Assembly: GCA_001777575.1 (NCBI GenBank)
Contig: MFEL01000008.1
Coordinates: 42,634-106,633, forward strand
From: Candidatus Doudnabacteria bacterium RIFCSPHIGHO2_01_FULL_46_24
GTDB taxonomy: Bacteria > Patescibacteriota > Doudnabacteria > UBA920 > O2-02-FULL-48-8
DNA: 64,000 nt
Reading direction: 5' to 3'
This document shows, one piece after another, positions 28,444-38,089 of the stretch; position 1 is the stretch's first letter; every line of letters begins with the position of its first letter. Made by a program: the position numbers and the translations under genes. Below the pieces are notes generated by a model. It did no database searches and was not told where the DNA came from. It worked only from the letters and a program-made list of their open reading frames with translations.

Positions 28444-28671
28444 ATGACACAAGCAGTAATTACGAAGATCAAATCAAACAGCATTTTACTGCCCAAAACA
28501 TGGAAGGGCAGCAAGGTTCTTTTACGCATCACTGACAACACTGCGACTATTACCAAGGTACCCAAGACAAGCAATATTTTTTCACTTCAAGAAATTAAAG
28601 CTTGGCGACGATTGGGCAAAAAGGTCGCCAAATCAACCCTAAATAAAGCCTTGGCAAAAGCTCGTGAATGA
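28444..28671 (+). CDS. Putative antitoxin (AbrB-like swapped hairpin)
   Basis: 75 aa, 'SILLPKTW', ATGA overlap with the PIN gene. Confidence 0.6.
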   Translation: MTQAVITKIKSNSILLPKTWKGSKVLLRITDNTATITKVPKTSNIFSLQEIKAWRRLGKKVAKSTLNKALAKARE

Positions 28672-29090
28672 AAATCTTTGCCGATACTAATGTTATAGTT
28701 TCCATGCTGCTCTGGGGAAAGTCCTTAGAGCAGCTTTTTGTCCTAATCAACGCTCGCAAGATAACTTTAGGCTTTTCGCCGGCGACAATCGAGGAATTGT
28801 TCCGTGTTGTCAATTATCCGCAAATAGCCAAACAAGCCCTTAAGCAGAATGTTGATGCCGAAGTCCTTGCCGATAAATTAGTTGCCGCTTCTGAAATTTG
28901 TTATCCAAGCAAAACATTTGACATTGTCGCTGATGATCCAAGCGATAATAAAATACTCGAAACAGCTCTGGAAGCCAAAGCCGAGTATATAATTTCTGGG
29001 GACAGGCATTTGCTGCAATTGAAAACTTTCGAAAAAATCCCAATTGTTACACCAGCAAAATTTCTAAAGCTTAATATCAACAATTTTTAA
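28668..29090 (+). CDS. PIN-domain toxin (VapC-like)
   Basis: DTNVIVS, IEEL, DPSDNKILETA, IISGDRHLL. Confidence 0.9.
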   Translation: MKIFADTNVIVSMLLWGKSLEQLFVLINARKITLGFSPATIEELFRVVNYPQIAKQALKQNVDAEVLADKLVAASEICYPSKTFDIVADDPSDNKILETALEAKAEYIISGDRHLLQLKTFEKIPIVTPAKFLKLNINNF

Positions 29091-30821
29091 TTCCAAATTC
29101 GTATTGCCTTTCCAGGAGTTTTCTTCGAGTTCATAGACTGCGTCAATTTTGGTTCCAGAAACAAGTTTATCAGAAAGAAAACCTTGGCCAAAGGCAATGG
29201 CTCCGATAAATTTGCCGGCAAGTTTAAGCCGCATCTTCAAGTGCTTGCTGCCGTTGCCTACCGTCCGGCACTCCACGACTTCCATGCCACAGGAAACGAA
29301 TTTTGGTTTGGGGTTATCCACGCCGAACGGCGCCATTTTTTTTATGTAAGCGTAATTTTCCGCAGTAATGTCTTCTGCGGCTAGTTCGCAATCGACCTCT
29401 AACACCGGCGGCTCGAATTCGGCGCTGACAGTTTCCACGTATTCCAGAAGCTTCTGGTGAAAACTTGGGATGTGTTCGGAGGCCAAAGTGAACCCGGCGG
29501 CCTGGGTGTGCCCGCCGAACCGCACCAGCAAATCCTTGCTGGAATTAAGTGCCGCCACTAAATCAAAATTTCCAATTGAGCGGCCGGAGCCGGTAGCCAA
29601 TAATTCTTCCTTGCGCAAAATCAGCACCGGCCGGCCGTATTCTTCCACCAGTTTGCCAGCCACCAGACCCACTACTCCTTTGGGCCAATCGGCGCCATAA
29701 GCCAGCAGAATTTTCTTGTCCGGCATCAGCGAAAGCTGCTCGCGGGCTTCGCTTAACACCTGCTCTGTCAACGTCTGCCGTTGCTTGTTCAAATCGTTCA
29801 ACTCCAAGGCCAGCCGGCCGGCCTCGGCCTCATCTTCGCTAACCAAAAGCTTGAATGCCAAATCCGCATGCTTGATCCTTCCCGCGGCATTGATGCGGGG
29901 CGCCAAAATAAATCCCAATGTAAAAGTGTCAAAGGGAATCTTTGACACCTGGGAAACGTCCAAAAGCTTCCTAATTCCAAGCCAGCGGGTTTTGGCTAAA
30001 ACTTTGAGGCCAAATGAAACCAGAATGCGATTCTCTCCGGTTAGACTTTGACAATCCGCCACAGTCCCAATGGCTACGAGGTCGAGCAGCCATTTTTCCC
30101 AGCCAGGCGCTACTCCATTCCCGCTGAGAATTCGCTGAGTTGAGCGGGAATCTTGCTGAGATCCCCGATTACTTGCCTGACCCTCCTTTCGGGGATGGTT
30201 TGGGTCTGTGGAGAATAAAGCCTGCACAAGCTTATAAGCGACGCCTACGCCTGTTAAAAATCGAAACGGATAATTGTCCGTTGGATTCTTAGGATTGATC
30301 AAAGCGTAAGCCCCTGGCAATTCCCCTGTGACCTCGTGGTGGTCCGTGACGATCAAATCAATCCCCAGCTCCTGGCAAAGTTTGGCCTCGGCAACTGAAT
30401 TGGTCCCGCAATCAACCGTGATGATCAGCTTACTTCCGCTTTCCGCAATTTTTTTGACAGCATCGCTGTTGACGCCATAACCTTCCGCGAATCGGTCCGG
30501 AATATAACAATCAATGACGGCGCCAAGTTTTTTTAGCGCCAAAAAAACCACGCTGGCGGCGGTAATCGCATCCGCGTCATAGTCTGCGTAAATCGTGATT
30601 TTTTCCTGATTTGTTATTGCTAATTTGACACGCTCCACTGTCTTCTCCATCTCTCGAAACAAGAACGGGTCATGAAGTTTGTAATACTCGGGCTCCAAAA
30701 AACCCCGGATTTCCTCAGCCTCAAACAGGCTGCGCAAGTTGAGCAATTTTAAGACAAACGCCGGATATTCCGGCAGGTTTGGCTGTTGCTGAGGCAAATT
30801 TTTCAATTTCCACTTTTTCAT
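29064..30821 (-). CDS. recJ: ssDNA exonuclease RecJ with an internal insertion
   Basis: DYDAD, TVDCG, TDHH, GTVAD, PRINAAGR, GGHTQAAG; start reassigned to MKKWK. Confidence 0.95.
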   Translation of the reverse strand: MKKWKLKNLPQQQPNLPEYPAFVLKLLNLRSLFEAEEIRGFLEPEYYKLHDPFLFREMEKTVERVKLAITNQEKITIYADYDADAITAASVVFLALKKLGAVIDCYIPDRFAEGYGVNSDAVKKIAESGSKLIITVDCGTNSVAEAKLCQELGIDLIVTDHHEVTGELPGAYALINPKNPTDNYPFRFLTGVGVAYKLVQALFSTDPNHPRKEGQASNRGSQQDSRSTQRILSGNGVAPGWEKWLLDLVAIGTVADCQSLTGENRILVSFGLKVLAKTRWLGIRKLLDVSQVSKIPFDTFTLGFILAPRINAAGRIKHADLAFKLLVSEDEAEAGRLALELNDLNKQRQTLTEQVLSEAREQLSLMPDKKILLAYGADWPKGVVGLVAGKLVEEYGRPVLILRKEELLATGSGRSIGNFDLVAALNSSKDLLVRFGGHTQAAGFTLASEHIPSFHQKLLEYVETVSAEFEPPVLEVDCELAAEDITAENYAYIKKMAPFGVDNPKPKFVSCGMEVVECRTVGNGSKHLKMRLKLAGKFIGAIAFGQGFLSDKLVSGTKIDAVYELEENSWKGNTNLELKIVDIKL

Positions 30822-30822
30822 C

Positions 30823-31251
30823 TCAAATTGTCGTTCTCCCGACTTGCTCATCGTCTGAGGGAACAACTGGTTTGGGCTTGGCCGGATTCAAAAGTTCCTT
30901 GACTTTCTGCAAAATTTTAGAAGGATTATCATAGCCCTTGACCATAAAGTTGACGTTTATAAGCTTGGCAGCTTTCTGCTTGTCCTCTTCCCGCCCCAAA
31001 TGTGAGAACAAAATCACGGGAGTGACGGCTGTGGCGACATTGTTGCGCAAATTGTGAATAAGCTCAAATCCATCCATGCGCGGCATGATAATGCCAGTAA
31101 ACAGCAAGTCCGGGATATGTGCCAGCGCCATTTCCAATCCTTCCAATCCGTCATCCGCTTCATAAACCGTAAAACCATTCTGACGAAACAGTTCGGCGTA
31201 AAGCCCTCGTTGCTCTTGGTCGTCGTCAATGACAAGTATTTTCTTAGCCAT
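30823..31251 (-). CDS. Single-domain response regulator receiver lacking the phospho-Asp
   Basis: ILVIDDD ... PDLLFTGIIMPRMDG (G at the canonical D position). Confidence 0.85.
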   Translation of the reverse strand: MAKKILVIDDDQEQRGLYAELFRQNGFTVYEADDGLEGLEMALAHIPDLLFTGIIMPRMDGFELIHNLRNNVATAVTPVILFSHLGREEDKQKAAKLINVNFMVKGYDNPSKILQKVKELLNPAKPKPVVPSDDEQVGRTTI

Positions 31252-31260
31252 ATCAATAGT

Positions 31261-32862
31261 TTAAATTTGTTTTAGTAATTGTGGCAGTAAGCTAATCCCG
31301 GTCATTTCTGCAGGCTTAGCCATACCCATCAATTCCAGCACGGTCGGCGATACGTCGGAAAGCACGCCTACGGGAATGACCGAAGACAGAGAAACGATCC
31401 CACCGACCTTGGGTTTTTTTTCTTCAAACTGCCGCCCGACCAATATAAATGGCACAGGGTTGGTGGAGTGTTCCTTGTCCATGCCGCCGGAGCGAATGTC
31501 CAAGAGTTCCTCGATGTTGCCATGGTCGGCTGTGATGATCATGCAAATATCCTGTTCCAGGCAAGCATCCGCCAATTTTTTCAAACATTCATCGATGACT
31601 TTGATTGCCTGAATGGAGGCGCTGACATTGCCCGTGTGGCCCACCATGTCGGGGTTGGCGTAATTGACCAGGAAAAAACTGTAATTGCCGTTAAGCCGGG
31701 ACAATAGCGCGTCCGTGACTTTGTAGGCGGACATCTCCGGAATGTCTTGGTAATTTTGATAGTTCGACATGGGCGAGGTGACAATTTCGCGGTCCTCTCC
31801 CGGAAAAGGATTGATGATTCCGCCGTTAAAGAATACCGACACATGGGCGTATTTCTCCGATTCAGCGACGTGAAATTGCCGCAACCCTTGCTTGCTGACC
31901 ACTTCCGCCAGCCCATTTAGGATTTCCATTGGCGGGAAAGCGATTTTCACTTGCAAGTCTTTGGCATATTCGGTCATAGTCACGACCAATAAATTCTTAA
32001 ACTGCTTAACCGAAGGAAACTTATCAAACCCCGGCTCGACCAAAGCTCTGGTCATTTGCAGCGCTCGGTCGGGACGAAAGTTGAATTGAATGACCGCGTC
32101 GTTTTCCGAAATTACGGCCGGATTGCCGTCCTTTTGGATGATCACCGTCGGTGGAATCATTTCGTCAAAGATGTGTTTGGCGTAATTTTCTTCAATAGCC
32201 GCTTTGACTGAGGTTGCTTTTGGGCCATTCCCCATGACCATGACTTTGTAGGCAAGATCGGTTAAATTCCAATGTTCGGCGCGATCCATGGCATAAAACC
32301 TGCCGGAAATCGATGCAATATTTCCGGTCCCGAACGTGTTGATTTTATGCATGAGTTTCTCCAAAGATTCCAGTGCAATCTGCGGCGGGGTGTCCCGGCC
32401 ATCCGTAAACATGTGGATATAGACGTTTTTCACCTTCGATTCGGAAGCCAAACCCAAAAGCGCATAAAGATGTTCGTCGTAGCTGTGTACGCCGCCGGGG
32501 CTGACCAAACCCATCAAGTGTAAAGAGGAATTATGCTTTTTAACATGCTCCACTGCCGCCGAAAAAGCCTGGTTCTTAAAAAAACTCCGATCTTCGATGG
32601 AGAGCGTAATACGGGACAAATCCTGCCCCACAATTCTGCCCGCCCCCAAATTGAGGTGACCGACTTCGGAATTGCCCATCTCCCCCCACGGCAAGCCCAC
32701 AGCAGGACCAGAAGCCTGCAGGGTGGTATTGGGATAATGGTTGACGAAATGATCAATATTGGCAGGCTGGGCCAAGGTCACGGCATTGCCGTGAGACGCG
32801 GTGGCAATGCCAAAACCGTCAAGGACGACCAGGACGAGTTTTTTGAAAGGCTGGAAAGTCAT
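31261..32862 (-). CDS. gpmI: 2,3-BPG-independent phosphoglycerate mutase
   Basis: LDGFG, GNSEVGH, DGRD, NPDMVGHTG, TADHGN. Confidence 0.96.
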   Translation of the reverse strand: MTFQPFKKLVLVVLDGFGIATASHGNAVTLAQPANIDHFVNHYPNTTLQASGPAVGLPWGEMGNSEVGHLNLGAGRIVGQDLSRITLSIEDRSFFKNQAFSAAVEHVKKHNSSLHLMGLVSPGGVHSYDEHLYALLGLASESKVKNVYIHMFTDGRDTPPQIALESLEKLMHKINTFGTGNIASISGRFYAMDRAEHWNLTDLAYKVMVMGNGPKATSVKAAIEENYAKHIFDEMIPPTVIIQKDGNPAVISENDAVIQFNFRPDRALQMTRALVEPGFDKFPSVKQFKNLLVVTMTEYAKDLQVKIAFPPMEILNGLAEVVSKQGLRQFHVAESEKYAHVSVFFNGGIINPFPGEDREIVTSPMSNYQNYQDIPEMSAYKVTDALLSRLNGNYSFFLVNYANPDMVGHTGNVSASIQAIKVIDECLKKLADACLEQDICMIITADHGNIEELLDIRSGGMDKEHSTNPVPFILVGRQFEEKKPKVGGIVSLSSVIPVGVLSDVSPTVLELMGMAKPAEMTGISLLPQLLKQI

Positions 32863-32873
32863 AAAATAGTTGA

Positions 32874-32920
32874 AAGTTTATAAAGTTTCGGAACTTTATA
32901 AACTTAGAACTTAGAACTTA
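32874..32920. repeat. 14-bp hairpin plus (TTAGAAC)n tract at the eno 3' end
   Basis: aagtttataaagtt-tcgg-aactttataaactt, then ttagaac ttagaac. Confidence 0.75.
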
Positions 32921-34157
32921 ATTCTTCTTCTATCGCCATCAACCGGTTGTATTTTGCCACTCTTTCTCCTCTCGCCACCGATCCCGACATTATATAATCC
33001 GCGCCAATGCCGACAGCAAGATCAGCGATGAAATCATCGTTGGTTTCGCCACTTCTATGCTTTGCCACGACTTTGTATCCGTGTTTCTGAGCCAAAGCGA
33101 CAGTCTCAAGAGTTTCAGTAATCGTACCAACCTGGTTTGGTTTTATGATTATCGCGTTGGCAATGCCAAGATCAATTCCTTTTTGCAACCGCGATTTTTG
33201 GGTTGTGAACAAATCATCGCCGATCAAAAGCATTTTCTTGCCCAAGCGATCCTGCATCATCTGCCAGTCTTCAAAATCTTCTTCCATTAACCCGTCTTCA
33301 ATCGCCACAATCGGATATTGCTCGGCCCATTGGTTATACAGCGACACCAAGCGCTCAGCGGACAAGGAGGTATGATCCGCCTTCAATACATATTCCTTGT
33401 GGTTGACGTCATAAAATTCACTGGCCGCGGCATCAATGGCCAGGCCGACACTTTTGTATCCAGTTTCCTTAACCGCCTTCATAATCATATCGAACGCCTG
33501 GCCATTTCCCTCCCAGTTCGGCGCAAATCCGCCCTCAAACCCCAAATCCGTGTCCAACCGATGAAGTTTGAGGACTTTTCGAAGAGATTGGAAAATATCC
33601 GCGCCCATTTCAATTGCCTTGGCAACTGAATCCGCTTGCGGGATAACCATGAATTCCTGAATGTCAAGATTGGTGTCTCCATGCAAGCCGCCTTCAATGA
33701 GCAAAATCGAAGGTTGGGGTAATTTCCAGCCCTTTTTATGCTTATGCAAAAATGCTATGTATTTGTAAACTGGAACTTTTTTCGCAGCCGCAGCGGCTTT
33801 GCAAACCGCGCCGGAAACGCCCAAAATCGCATTGGCTCCCAGCCTGGCTTTATTAGGAGTGCCGTCCAGATCAATCAAAGCCTGGTCAATTTTGCCCTGG
33901 GCCAGCACGTCCATGCCGTGCAATTTCTTGGCAATGACATTGTTGACATGATCAACCGCCTGACTTACGCCCTTGCCGCTGAAAGCCGTACCGCCGTCGC
34001 GCAGCTCCAAAGCCTCGTTCTTGCCCGTGGAAATCCCGCCCGGCACGCCAAAAGTCCCGCTGCCCTTGGCGGTTTCCACCGTGGCCTCCACAGTCGGAAT
34101 CCCCCGCGAATCCAAGATCTGACGGGCAAATGTGTTTTTTATCGTAATTTTAGGCAT
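32904..34157 (-). CDS. eno: Enolase (divergent active-site motifs)
   Basis: ILDSRG.PTVE, LGANAIL, QEFM, DAAASEF, GDDL, KPNQ, HRSGET, RVAKYNRL. Confidence 0.93.
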   Translation of the reverse strand: MPKITIKNTFARQILDSRGIPTVEATVETAKGSGTFGVPGGISTGKNEALELRDGGTAFSGKGVSQAVDHVNNVIAKKLHGMDVLAQGKIDQALIDLDGTPNKARLGANAILGVSGAVCKAAAAAKKVPVYKYIAFLHKHKKGWKLPQPSILLIEGGLHGDTNLDIQEFMVIPQADSVAKAIEMGADIFQSLRKVLKLHRLDTDLGFEGGFAPNWEGNGQAFDMIMKAVKETGYKSVGLAIDAAASEFYDVNHKEYVLKADHTSLSAERLVSLYNQWAEQYPIVAIEDGLMEEDFEDWQMMQDRLGKKMLLIGDDLFTTQKSRLQKGIDLGIANAIIIKPNQVGTITETLETVALAQKHGYKVVAKHRSGETNDDFIADLAVGIGADYIMSGSVARGERVAKYNRLMAIEEELSSKF

Positions 34158-35379
34158 GATTGGCCTCCAACACCTTAATTGCAGGAAGTTTTTTGCCGCT
34201 TAGGAATTCTAGCATGGCGCCGCCGCCGGTGGAAACATGATCCACGAACTGGGTGACTTTGGCCGAATTCAAAACTTCCAAAGTTTCCCCGCCGCCCGCG
34301 ACGCCATAAGCCGGTCCTTTGGAGCGACCGGCAAAAACCCGCGCCATTGATTCGCTGCCGAATGCATACCGCTTGATCTCGATCATGCCAAAGGGGCCGT
34401 TCCAGACCAATGTCACGGCATTTTTGACATATTCAGAAAACTTTCTAATCGTTTCCGGGCCGATATCCAGAATTATGTCCTCCGGCATGACCTTGCTTAC
34501 AGCCGCATTGTGAGGTGTATCCTCCAAAGAATGAGCAACCACCACATCCACTGGCAGAATTATTTTTTCTTTAAAATTTCGCGTCAGTTCCTTGGCCAAG
34601 GATTCATCGGCGAATTTGGATTTGCCAATTTCATACCCTTTCGCTTTTAGGAAAGTGTTGGCAATGGCTCCACCCAGAAGAATGTGAGAAGCCCCCTTGA
34701 GTAAATTTCTCATACTTTCGACTTTGTCGGAAATTTTTAACCCTCCAATCAAAATCACCATGGGTTTGGTCGGGTTTCTCAAAAGTCTATACAAGGCTTT
34801 GATCTCCCGTTCAAACGCGATCCCGCAATAGGATTTAAGTTTTACCGCCAATCCATAGGTAGAAGCGGACACTCTGTGGCTGACAGAAAACGCCTCGTTG
34901 ACGTAAAGTTCGCCAAACTTGGCCAGGGTTTGGATGAATTCCGGGTCATTTTCTTCTTCTCCGGCATAAAACCTCAGGTTTTCTAAAAACAATATACTCC
35001 CATTCGGTATCGGCAATTTCGAATAGTCGTGCTTAGTGATATCTTCTGTTAAAAAATAAATATGCGGGATGGGATAGTGCGGCAATTCGGAGGAAATTTT
35101 GACTACTTTCATGCCCAAAAATTCGCCCAGTCTCTTTGCTGCAGGCCACAGACTTTTATCAGCCTGCCGGCCTTCCGGCCTGCCCAAATGGGAAATCAGC
35201 GTGACCTTGGCTTGATTCTGAATCAGATATTCGATCGTTCTTAGAGCGTCCTTGATTCTGGTATCATCCGCCGCCTCCCATTCTTCGGTATGGATATTTT
35301 TTTTCAGAGGCACGTCAAACCCGACGCGAACTATCACGCGCCGGCCTTGCACTTTAACAGAAGTAATGCTCTTAATCAT
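34150..35379 (-). CDS. pgk: Phosphoglycerate kinase
   Basis: SHLGRP, LENLRF, DIGP, WNGP, STGGGA. Confidence 0.95.
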   Translation of the reverse strand: MIKSITSVKVQGRRVIVRVGFDVPLKKNIHTEEWEAADDTRIKDALRTIEYLIQNQAKVTLISHLGRPEGRQADKSLWPAAKRLGEFLGMKVVKISSELPHYPIPHIYFLTEDITKHDYSKLPIPNGSILFLENLRFYAGEEENDPEFIQTLAKFGELYVNEAFSVSHRVSASTYGLAVKLKSYCGIAFEREIKALYRLLRNPTKPMVILIGGLKISDKVESMRNLLKGASHILLGGAIANTFLKAKGYEIGKSKFADESLAKELTRNFKEKIILPVDVVVAHSLEDTPHNAAVSKVMPEDIILDIGPETIRKFSEYVKNAVTLVWNGPFGMIEIKRYAFGSESMARVFAGRSKGPAYGVAGGGETLEVLNSAKVTQFVDHVSTGGGAMLEFLSGKKLPAIKVLEANHA

Positions 35380-35399
35380 TTAGTAATAAGTTAAAGGGC

Positions 35400-35480
35400 T
35401 GCGATGCCCGTTTCGTCATACGGTGACGCTTTACGTCTAACTCTCAACGATACGGGCTTCGTTACCGTAAGACGCTAAAC
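35400..35480. repeat. Degenerate family C-like hairpin between gap stop and pgk start
   Basis: gcccgtttcgt (35406) ... acgatacgggc (35457), ending ccgtaagacgctaaac like the ccgttaaacg end of family C. Confidence 0.6.
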
Positions 35481-36541
35481 TATAAGTTCTTGCCAATAAG
35501 TATTGCCTGCTCCACAAACCTGTTTGCATACCCAAACTCATTGTCGTACCACGCCACGACTTTGACCAGGTCGCCGTCCACGACTTGCGTTAGCGACAAA
35601 TCAACAATGGCCGAATGGGGATTGCCGACAATGTCCGACGACACGATCGGATCAGTCGTCACTTGCAAAACTTTTTCCCACATGGGATTTTTGGCCGCTT
35701 CCATAAAAACTTTATTAATTTCATCCACCGTGACCTTGCGCTGCAGAACCGCGGTAAAATCCGAAAGCGAACCGCAAGTGACTGGCACGCGATAAGCCGC
35801 TCCGCCAAACAAGCCTTTAAGCTCAGGGATGACTTCAGTAGCGGCAATGGTTGCTCCGGTTGTAGTCGGGATAATGTTGGCCGAGGCGGCGCGGGCGCGG
35901 CGCAAGTCATTTGATTTGCCGCCAGGCGGCGGACCGTCCACCAAATTCTGTTCCGCGGTATAGGCGTGGATGGTGGACATCATCATTTTTTTGATCCCGA
36001 ATTTGCTATGCAAAATGGCGGCCACCGGCGTGATGCAATTGGTGGTGCAGGAAGCGTTTGAGATAATCTGTTGGTTCTGGTAACCCCTATCATTAACGCC
36101 AATGATGAAAGTTAGCGTAATTCCTTCGTCCTTGGCCGGCGCTGAAATAATTACTTTCTTCGCCCCGGCTTTCAAATGCGCGCTGGCCAATTCCGTAGTC
36201 ACAAATCTGCCGGTGGACTCCAATACCACGTCCACGTCCAAATCTTTCCACGGCAAAAGGCCCGGGTCTTTTTCGGCAAACACCGGAACTTTAATTTCAT
36301 CTGCAATCAGACTTCCGACTGAATACGAAACCGAACTGGCTCGTTCGTGCCTGTCGTCAAAGCTGACCTTTTTTTCATAAACGCCATAAACCGAATCGTA
36401 GCGCAGGAGATGCGCCAAAACTTTCGGCTCCGTCAAATCATTGATAGCCGCGACCTTGAGTTCGGGTTTGGTTAAGGCGATTTTGAAGGCAGAACGCCCT
36501 ATCCGGCCAAAGCCGTTGATTGCAACACGTATCGGACTCAT
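35480..36541 (-). CDS. gap: Glyceraldehyde-3-phosphate dehydrogenase (type I)
   Basis: INGFGRIGR, SNASCTTNC, WYDNE. Confidence 0.97.
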   Translation of the reverse strand: MSPIRVAINGFGRIGRSAFKIALTKPELKVAAINDLTEPKVLAHLLRYDSVYGVYEKKVSFDDRHERASSVSYSVGSLIADEIKVPVFAEKDPGLLPWKDLDVDVVLESTGRFVTTELASAHLKAGAKKVIISAPAKDEGITLTFIIGVNDRGYQNQQIISNASCTTNCITPVAAILHSKFGIKKMMMSTIHAYTAEQNLVDGPPPGGKSNDLRRARAASANIIPTTTGATIAATEVIPELKGLFGGAAYRVPVTCGSLSDFTAVLQRKVTVDEINKVFMEAAKNPMWEKVLQVTTDPIVSSDIVGNPHSAIVDLSLTQVVDGDLVKVVAWYDNEFGYANRFVEQAILIGKNL

Positions 36542-36548
36542 TTTGGCT

Positions 36549-36698
36549 TTAGATGAAATTTGTCAAAAATACGGACACAAAAAGCGCCCAGATCAGAAAG
36601 ATGATGTATTCTTTTTCATCGTCGAAGTTGAAATGCTTGAGCAACCAACCTTCCAAATCATATTTCTTATAAAGCCAGTGGTTATTTTGTTTTGCCAT
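36549..36698 (-). CDS. 49-aa small membrane protein (below the ORF-track cutoff)
   Basis: MAKQNNHWLYKKYDLEGWLLKHFNFDDEKEYIIFLIWALFVSVFLTNFI; AAAGGA SD; fits between fba and gap. Confidence 0.6.
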   Translation of the reverse strand: MAKQNNHWLYKKYDLEGWLLKHFNFDDEKEYIIFLIWALFVSVFLTNFI

Positions 36699-36771
36699 TT
36701 TTTATCCTTTCTTTGCTCCCGCCATCTTCGATGGGCGGGGTTCGCTCAACACGGCTGAGCGGCGTCCCGAT

Positions 36772-37665
36772 TTAATCGGGGCGGCGACCTTTATTGCTTG
36801 CTTTTAATATTTTAATTTTTTTCTCAGCTTCGTCCTGGAGCGCATCAGTTGCCGGGGCCAAAATTTTCCGAGGGTCATATATGGATAAGTGCTTCTTAAG
36901 ATTTTCGCGAAGTGCCCGATTGAATGCCACCCGCAAATCAGTGTCTATGTTGAATATCGCCACACCAGTTCTGACGGCGAAGCGAATTTGCTGATCCGGC
37001 ACTCCGGATGCGCCATGCAAAACCAACGGGATTTTGACTTTCCTGCGAATCGCTTGAAGGCGTTCAAGATCGATATGTTCCTTGAGCGTCGTTAATACTT
37101 TTTTGGTTTTCGGATTGACTGGAATGCCGTGCATCGAACCAACCGCCACCGCCAAAGTGTCAATCCGTGTTTCAGACACAAATCTTGCGGCTTCATCCGG
37201 ATCAGTCATCAAATCTTTTCCCGACTTGACCTTCTGCCAATCCTCGTTGCCCAAAATCCGACCAAGCTCGGCCTGGACCCAGACACCTCTTTTGTGGGCG
37301 TACGAAACCACGACTCGTGTCAGCTTCACGTTTTCTTTATAAGTCAAATGCGAGGCGTCAATCATCACGCTGCTGTATCCTAAGTTTATCAGTTTTTTAA
37401 TAAGGTTGAAATCATGGCAGTGATCCTGGTGCAGGGCAATCGGGACTCTGGCTTTTCTGGCCTCAATCTTGATTATCGAAACCAGCTCTTCCATGCCGGC
37501 ATATTCCAAAGCCCCAACCGAGGTTTGGATGATCACCGGCGCTTTCTGCTTTTCCGCCGCCCGCACAATCCCCTGTGTCATTTCCAAATCCTGGGTATTG
37601 AAAGCCGGGATGGCATATTTGCCAATTATTCTTTTGTTTACGATTTTTCCAATGTGTACGAGCAT
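36772..37665 (-). CDS. fba: Class II fructose-bisphosphate aldolase
   Basis: PAFN, HQDH, SVMIDAS, GSMHG, LVLHGASG, NIDTD. Confidence 0.93.
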   Translation of the reverse strand: MLVHIGKIVNKRIIGKYAIPAFNTQDLEMTQGIVRAAEKQKAPVIIQTSVGALEYAGMEELVSIIKIEARKARVPIALHQDHCHDFNLIKKLINLGYSSVMIDASHLTYKENVKLTRVVVSYAHKRGVWVQAELGRILGNEDWQKVKSGKDLMTDPDEAARFVSETRIDTLAVAVGSMHGIPVNPKTKKVLTTLKEHIDLERLQAIRRKVKIPLVLHGASGVPDQQIRFAVRTGVAIFNIDTDLRVAFNRALRENLKKHLSIYDPRKILAPATDALQDEAEKKIKILKASNKGRRPD

Positions 37666-37666
37666 A

Positions 37667-38089
37667 TCAGCGATTCGAAATTAACGAATGGACATCCGAA
37701 TGATCCGAAACTACAAAATCCGGATTAAGAACCCTCTTGGGTTTAATAAAAGAGCCTCTGAAATTTACTATCAAACCAAGTTCTAAATTTGCCGCTTTAA
37801 GGTACCTCTGCATTTGGATATAATCTTCTTTGGTTATAAAAGTCTTTGCTTTGAAATCTACGAAAATTTTGCGCTCGACAAAAAAATCTACTTTGTTGCC
37901 TCTCGGCGAATTTTTGTTCAGTTTACTAATTTCGAACTCTCGCTCATATTCCCACTTTTCTTCTTTAAGTAACTCTTCAAATCTATCGCCATACTGCTTT
38001 TCTCTACAGAAACGTCCGAGCTCTTTCGCTACTCTAAAGCATAAACCACTAATCTTATAAGATAATTTTGCTTCAACTATTTTTGGCAT
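37667..38089 (-). CDS. GxxExxY family protein (PD-(D/E)XK nuclease-like)
   Basis: LGRFCREKQY, VDFFVE, QMQRYL, LGLIVNF. Confidence 0.85.
   Translation of the reverse strand: MPKIVEAKLSYKISGLCFRVAKELGRFCREKQYGDRFEELLKEEKWEYEREFEISKLNKNSPRGNKVDFFVERKIFVDFKAKTFITKEDYIQMQRYLKAANLELGLIVNFRGSFIKPKRVLNPDFVVSDHSDVHSLISNR

Noticed and set aside
36315-36357. Palindromic in-frame insertion in gap (RHERASSVSYSV)
   Set aside because: Pairing is weak and the loop is length-variable in GAPDHs; cannot be supported without an alignment
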